A stretch of DNA of 64,000 nt from Callorhinchus milii (taxonomy: Eukaryota): positions 103,170,001 to 103,234,000 of the forward strand of contig NW_024704743.1 in assembly GCF_018977255.1 (NCBI RefSeq), in the 5' to 3' direction. The notes under the pieces are model-generated. The model worked only from the letters and a program-made list of their open reading frames with translations. It did no database searches and was not told the origin of the DNA. Positions 59,476-64,000 of the stretch are shown here, in pieces; position 1 is the stretch's first letter; every line of letters starts with the position of its first letter. Both the position numbers and the translations under genes were made by a program.

Positions 59476-61939
59476 GTCTCTTATGCAGTATTTTTAACAA
59501 TTTTCGGAAGTCTTGGTGTATAATACAATATGCTTTTCCCTGTCAATTTGGAATTAACAAAAAAGTATAAGAGTTAATTGTAGCATTGGTTCCATTCTCT
59601 CACTTTAAAACAGTTTGATGAGATTTATTTTATTGTCAGGTTTATCAACTGCAGAACAGTACTATATTGACAGTACAGGCCAAACTGTAAGAATTTCCTC
59701 AAGAGTATAACAAAGCAGCTGCACACAATGGACAAATCTGTTTAATGTCAACACGGCCCACTCATGTGTTACACTCAAACAAATCTGCAGGCAAAGCAAT
59801 CCCTACATACGTGTTTCATGCACCACCAAGTGAAGAAATAAGGAAATGAAATAAAAATAAGACTATTATTATCATCGATGTTTCTATCTGTCGTGAATTT
59901 TGAATTTAACCCTTCGATTACCAACATACCAAAAATCTAACAAGGTTCCCATTTTAGAACTTTTCCCTGGAATACTCCACATTTGAAAACGGCTTATTGT
60001 ATAATATTCAGTGCTTTGATTTGATTAAATTATTTTACAATATCTCAATTATCACAATAATGATGTGCAATTTTTTTTAAGAGAGATATTTTGACTTTCA
60101 GAGTTTTAACTATTAAACCTTTTGGTAACTGTTCATCTAAATTGTGACATGAACCCATCCTTTTTTCTCTGTCATTTATTTTCTCTTTAGCACACAGAAG
60201 AAAATGTTAAATGTTTTGTCTTCGTTATTAGCCTTTACTATTTGAGAGACACAATCATCAGAGCTGGCACAGTCACAGTGGAACAAATGGCCTTTGTCTG
60301 TGCCATAAATTTCTATGGTTCCCTTGAAAGAGCATGAGAATAAAATGCAAAACATGAATCTTTGATAACATCTTAGACCAAGAACAAATTTCCCGAATTG
60401 GTGAATGAAAGTCACCAAATATATACACAAATCCCCTAAACCTTTAGCTTAATCTTATTCATAATGAACTAGTTTAAAGGCTTCTCCTATACATTCTTGG
60501 ATAATAAAGCTTTCAGTAAAGTTAGCTGCCTCTTGTCTTTCAAAAATACACATTGTGGAATGTTCCAATCTTAAATCATCCTGTATCTACACCGAAAGAA
60601 ACTCCGTAAATGAAGGAAACCACGGACACAACTGAATATGGAAATTACCCCCCAAAGGCCTCATTAGGAAATGAAAAGGTGCTTTGATGCACACCAAAGG
60701 AGCATGAATAAAGAGCAAGAGAAAAGCAGCTTGAGTGCATAATTGTACAACACGACAACAACCAGAAGCACAACATCAGCTGACAAGGCACAGAAAATTG
60801 TCCATGGTGGAAATAATACAGAACATGGGACAGCAGAGAGCATCTATACATTCTTGAATACCGGTAATGTCAGCAAAGATAGTATTCAGTCCTATTGAAC
60901 TTTAGCTACATGCTGCACAAGACACGGATGTTAGTAGCTCAACCTTCAAAAGAATCAGATTTTAGAAGCAGCCCTAAGAAGATCGCTGCCCACATCATTG
61001 CAGGTTCAGTCAATTTGAACATTACCAAAGCTCTATGGCAACGAGAAAACATTAGCCTTTAATTCAAGAATGTAACAGCCTGCTGTGTGAATGGCTCCCA
61101 CACTCTAGAACAGTTACACTTTGACTATGTTGATACGGCACATGAGAGCAATTCAAGCAAAGCTAATTTTCAAACAAGATGGTAAGTATTTCAATTGCAG
61201 TTAACATTTTTACGAATCGCTGATCTATGAATCATTTATCTGGAAATCTTAATTCTGTTTTCCCACTAAATTATTCACTGAATAAAGGAGTTTAAAAACA
61301 AGCAATTAAATTAAGTTAAATATTCAAATGTTATCTCGAGCAACAAGAGAGAGCTTAGGACAGTAACCCCAGAACTGCTTTTTAAAGGAAAGAAACACTG
61401 ATGGAGAATTGCCAGAATAACATAATGTTCTCTGGTTAAAAGTGCACCATCCTGCCATCTCTCTGCTGCTCTAGAGTCTTTTTTGAAGAACACACACACT
61501 TTTCATTGGTGTCGAGTGCTCAAAACTACTGGTATCAAAGTCTAAGTTTAGATAAGACTTTACACAGTTATCTTTCCACTACCCTCGTCTCCCACTTCAG
61601 TCTGTGTGCCCAGCCAGTACTATTAAGCGCTTTGGGACATCCTTCAGCATCACACTACATAAATGTTCATTTGTATTGTATTGTGTTCTATAATAGAAAA
61701 AATTAGATCTTCCCAAAACTGCAAAAAGGGTGTACATTTGTACAATGTGTAAATAAAATGAAGAAAATAGCATCTGCAAAAAGATTGTGCAGCAACAAAG
61801 AGAATTAATGAAACTGAAAAATTGACTTCTGATTAAGGACTTACCTCTGCTTCAGGTTTAATTTGGAGAATCTATAAAAACTTCCAGCAGTTATTTTGTG
61901 CTTTAATTTGGTATGGGGATAAAGGGCGACGGTTCTGAG

Positions 61940-62235
61940 GCTTGAACAAAGAGGAAGGTCTGGAGACAAACTTTGAATGACACAAGGAATGGGGTAAGGC
62001 TAAGGGACTCCAAAATGGAGTTCCAGAGAGTTGGGGAAGGAAGGCTGAAACCTCGACCACTGATGGTGGAGCAAGTGAAGTGTACAGGGCGGGGAAGTGA
62101 AGAAGTCCAATGCCCCCTGAGTCGAGGAAGCAACTGTTGATAGATTGATAGGGTTTACGAAAGTCGCAGAGTTCCATGGAGGGCTTTAAAAGTGAGGCTG
62201 AGGATCTTGAACTCAATCCTCCAGGGGTGGGGAAA
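61940..62235 (-). mobile_element. Old L2 3' fragment
   Basis: Minus strand GRGFSLPSPTLWNSI...FKVCLQTFLF. Confidence 0.75.
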
Positions 62236-62290
62236 TTAGCTGCAACATTTTGGATGGCTAGTGGAGGGAAGAAATGCGAAGTCAAGTGAG

Positions 62291-62888
62291 CAGGGTGATT
62301 CGCATAAGTCTTGTCTTTATAAATCGTGTGATCGCTTAAGCCATTAAGCCATACTTACAACCGAATCCAATTCAGTTTCCTATCAAAAACACTTAGATTT
62401 TGTTTTAATCAAGTTCTAACTTGTAATGCCGCTCCCCTTTCCTCCATTACTCCCCAATTTAACAGCTGCACTGAATTGCGGGAAATGACGTCCTGCGCAC
62501 TCAGAAGTCAGCTGCATTGAACTGTGGGAAACATTGTCTTGATCTGTTGTCAGACCGCAGAAGAGTTTAATTGCAATGTGATTCCAATGCTTGCTGGTAA
62601 GCCTGCATATGACGATGTGTCAAGACGCATTGAATTGCGGGAAACAGTCTTGATTCATCATCTCATACGCACCTATCGGTGGAACTGACGAACTACAGCA
62701 TGCACGTACTGGCTGCAGTGACAAAGTACCGCTTGCGAAGTTATCTGTTGCACTGAATTACGCATGCACAGTCTAGATATTGATTAAATCAGGTTTTATA
62801 CAATTTATACAAGTTTACCTGAAACTCGGAGTTCGCATAAATCATATTAAATATTATGACTAGACTGTTACGACTTATGTTACTTTCA
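62291..62888. mobile_element. Unclassified non-autonomous DNA-type element, copy 2, with internal repeats
   Basis: Homologous to 54971-55520; gcaYtgaaYtRYgggaaa-like unit at about 62468, 62514, 62628 and, more diverged, 62750. Confidence 0.6.
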
Positions 62889-63624
62889 TATGTTACTATA
62901 TTATATTAAGTTAACATATCCTGGTGAACAATGATGTTTTGAATGACTGCTGTTTATTACCTACCACATGCCAGAATTATTATTATTATTAGACTCATCT
63001 TTTCCACCAAACTTTTGGTGCCTTCCCTCCACCCACACCCAAGCTTGGACTCACCTTCAGCTGTGTGAAGTGCTTTAAGATGTGAATATGAAAGGTGTTA
63101 CATATGTAAATTGTTGTTATACTGCTCTAAATGCTCTCTGGAGTATCTGACTATATGTAATGTCAAAGTGTTCTACACCGGGTGGAAAAAATTGATATGC
63201 AGTGCGATATCCCACATATCATATTTTGCATGCAGTTTCAAGGCTATCAAAGTAACACAGGCTGGATACGTTTTGAAAATTAAAATCCTTAATTATTGAA
63301 TATGCACATTTCTATCATATGCAAAACAGGCTTTTGTACATTTTAATGCTGAATATTAATCAGAATTAGAAACGTCCAAGAAGCAAACAATTATTTCTAA
63401 TTTTGACCATTCCACTGAAAAGTTTAAGCTGCATATCAAACTTATTAAACTACCAAAATAATACTGTTATCTTCGAAGATACAACTTCATCTATAATTTG
63501 GAACATTCTGTATGAATCTATATTCATTGCATACATACTGACAGAGACAACACCTTGATCTCACAGGCTGATATCAGTCATGTTACAATTTATATTCTGC
63601 ATATTAACCTGTAAGCTTTTAGAT

Positions 63625-63727
63625 GTCAGCCTGGCTCCATCGGGAGCACTCGAGCCTCTGAATTAGAAGGCTGTCAGTTTCAAGTTCCACATCAAGATTC
63701 TGAACTCACCCCATCTCGGCTGACAAT
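63625..63727 (+). mobile_element. Old SINE tRNA head, interrupted by L2
   Basis: gtcagcctggctccatcgggagcactc...tctgaattagaagg...ggctgaca. Confidence 0.65.
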
Positions 63728-63729
63728 GC

Positions 63730-64000
63730 AACAACAACAACAACAAGATTCCATTTATTGAGCGCCTTTCACGTCGGGAGGACGTCCCAAGGCGCTGTAC
63801 AGTTGGGTCAGGACCCGAGCAAGGGGGGAATGGTCAGGGTGAGGGGAGGGAAGGGAAGGGAGGGAGCGAGGAGGGGGTAGAGAGTCGAGAGGGGAGCTGA
63901 AGGCTCCGTCAAAGAGAAAGGTCTTGAGACCGGCCTTGAAGGAGGAAAGGGAGGTGGCAAGGCGAAGGCACTGGGGGATGGAGTTCCAGAGCCTCGGGGC
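63730..64000 (-). mobile_element. Young L2 3' end, continuing beyond the window
   Basis: Reverse complement nearly identical to 33735-33995. Confidence 0.95.

Noticed and set aside
59905..59930. ttaaccc piggyBac-like left end
   Set aside because: No matching right end found nearby.
61838..63070. Further CSMD3 exons at minus-strand donor-like sites (near 61845 and 63055)
   Set aside because: Upstream sequence does not translate to the expected CUB-domain peptide.

Overview
Vertebrate intronic DNA, most likely from a cartilaginous fish (inferred from the repeat families; a chimaera-type genome is plausible). The only host coding sequence I can support is one 195-nt minus-strand exon (10156-10350) encoding the first Sushi/CCP domain of CSMD3. 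No neighbouring exon was recognised, so the flanking introns exceed about 10 kb and 53 kb. The rest is layered transposon debris. It includes many L2 LINE fragments of at least three ages (one about 2.8 kb with endonuclease and RT remnants), CR1 fragments, an old Deu-domain (SacSINE1/AmnSINE-like) tRNA-SINE, a younger tRNA-SINE sharing the L2 3' stem-loop, palindromic MITE-like relics, and a 94-bp Penelope-type insert with a truncated hammerhead-ribozyme-like motif. I found no convincing new gene system. The best leads are a 45-bp-arm hairpin at 17020-17114, two independent insertions primed at the same nucleotide of the SINE tail, recurrent fold-back junctions at SINE 5' truncations, a composite SINE with an optional CORE/Meta-like module, and an unclassified DNA element present twice. 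Repeat boundaries and identities were judged by eye and are approximate.
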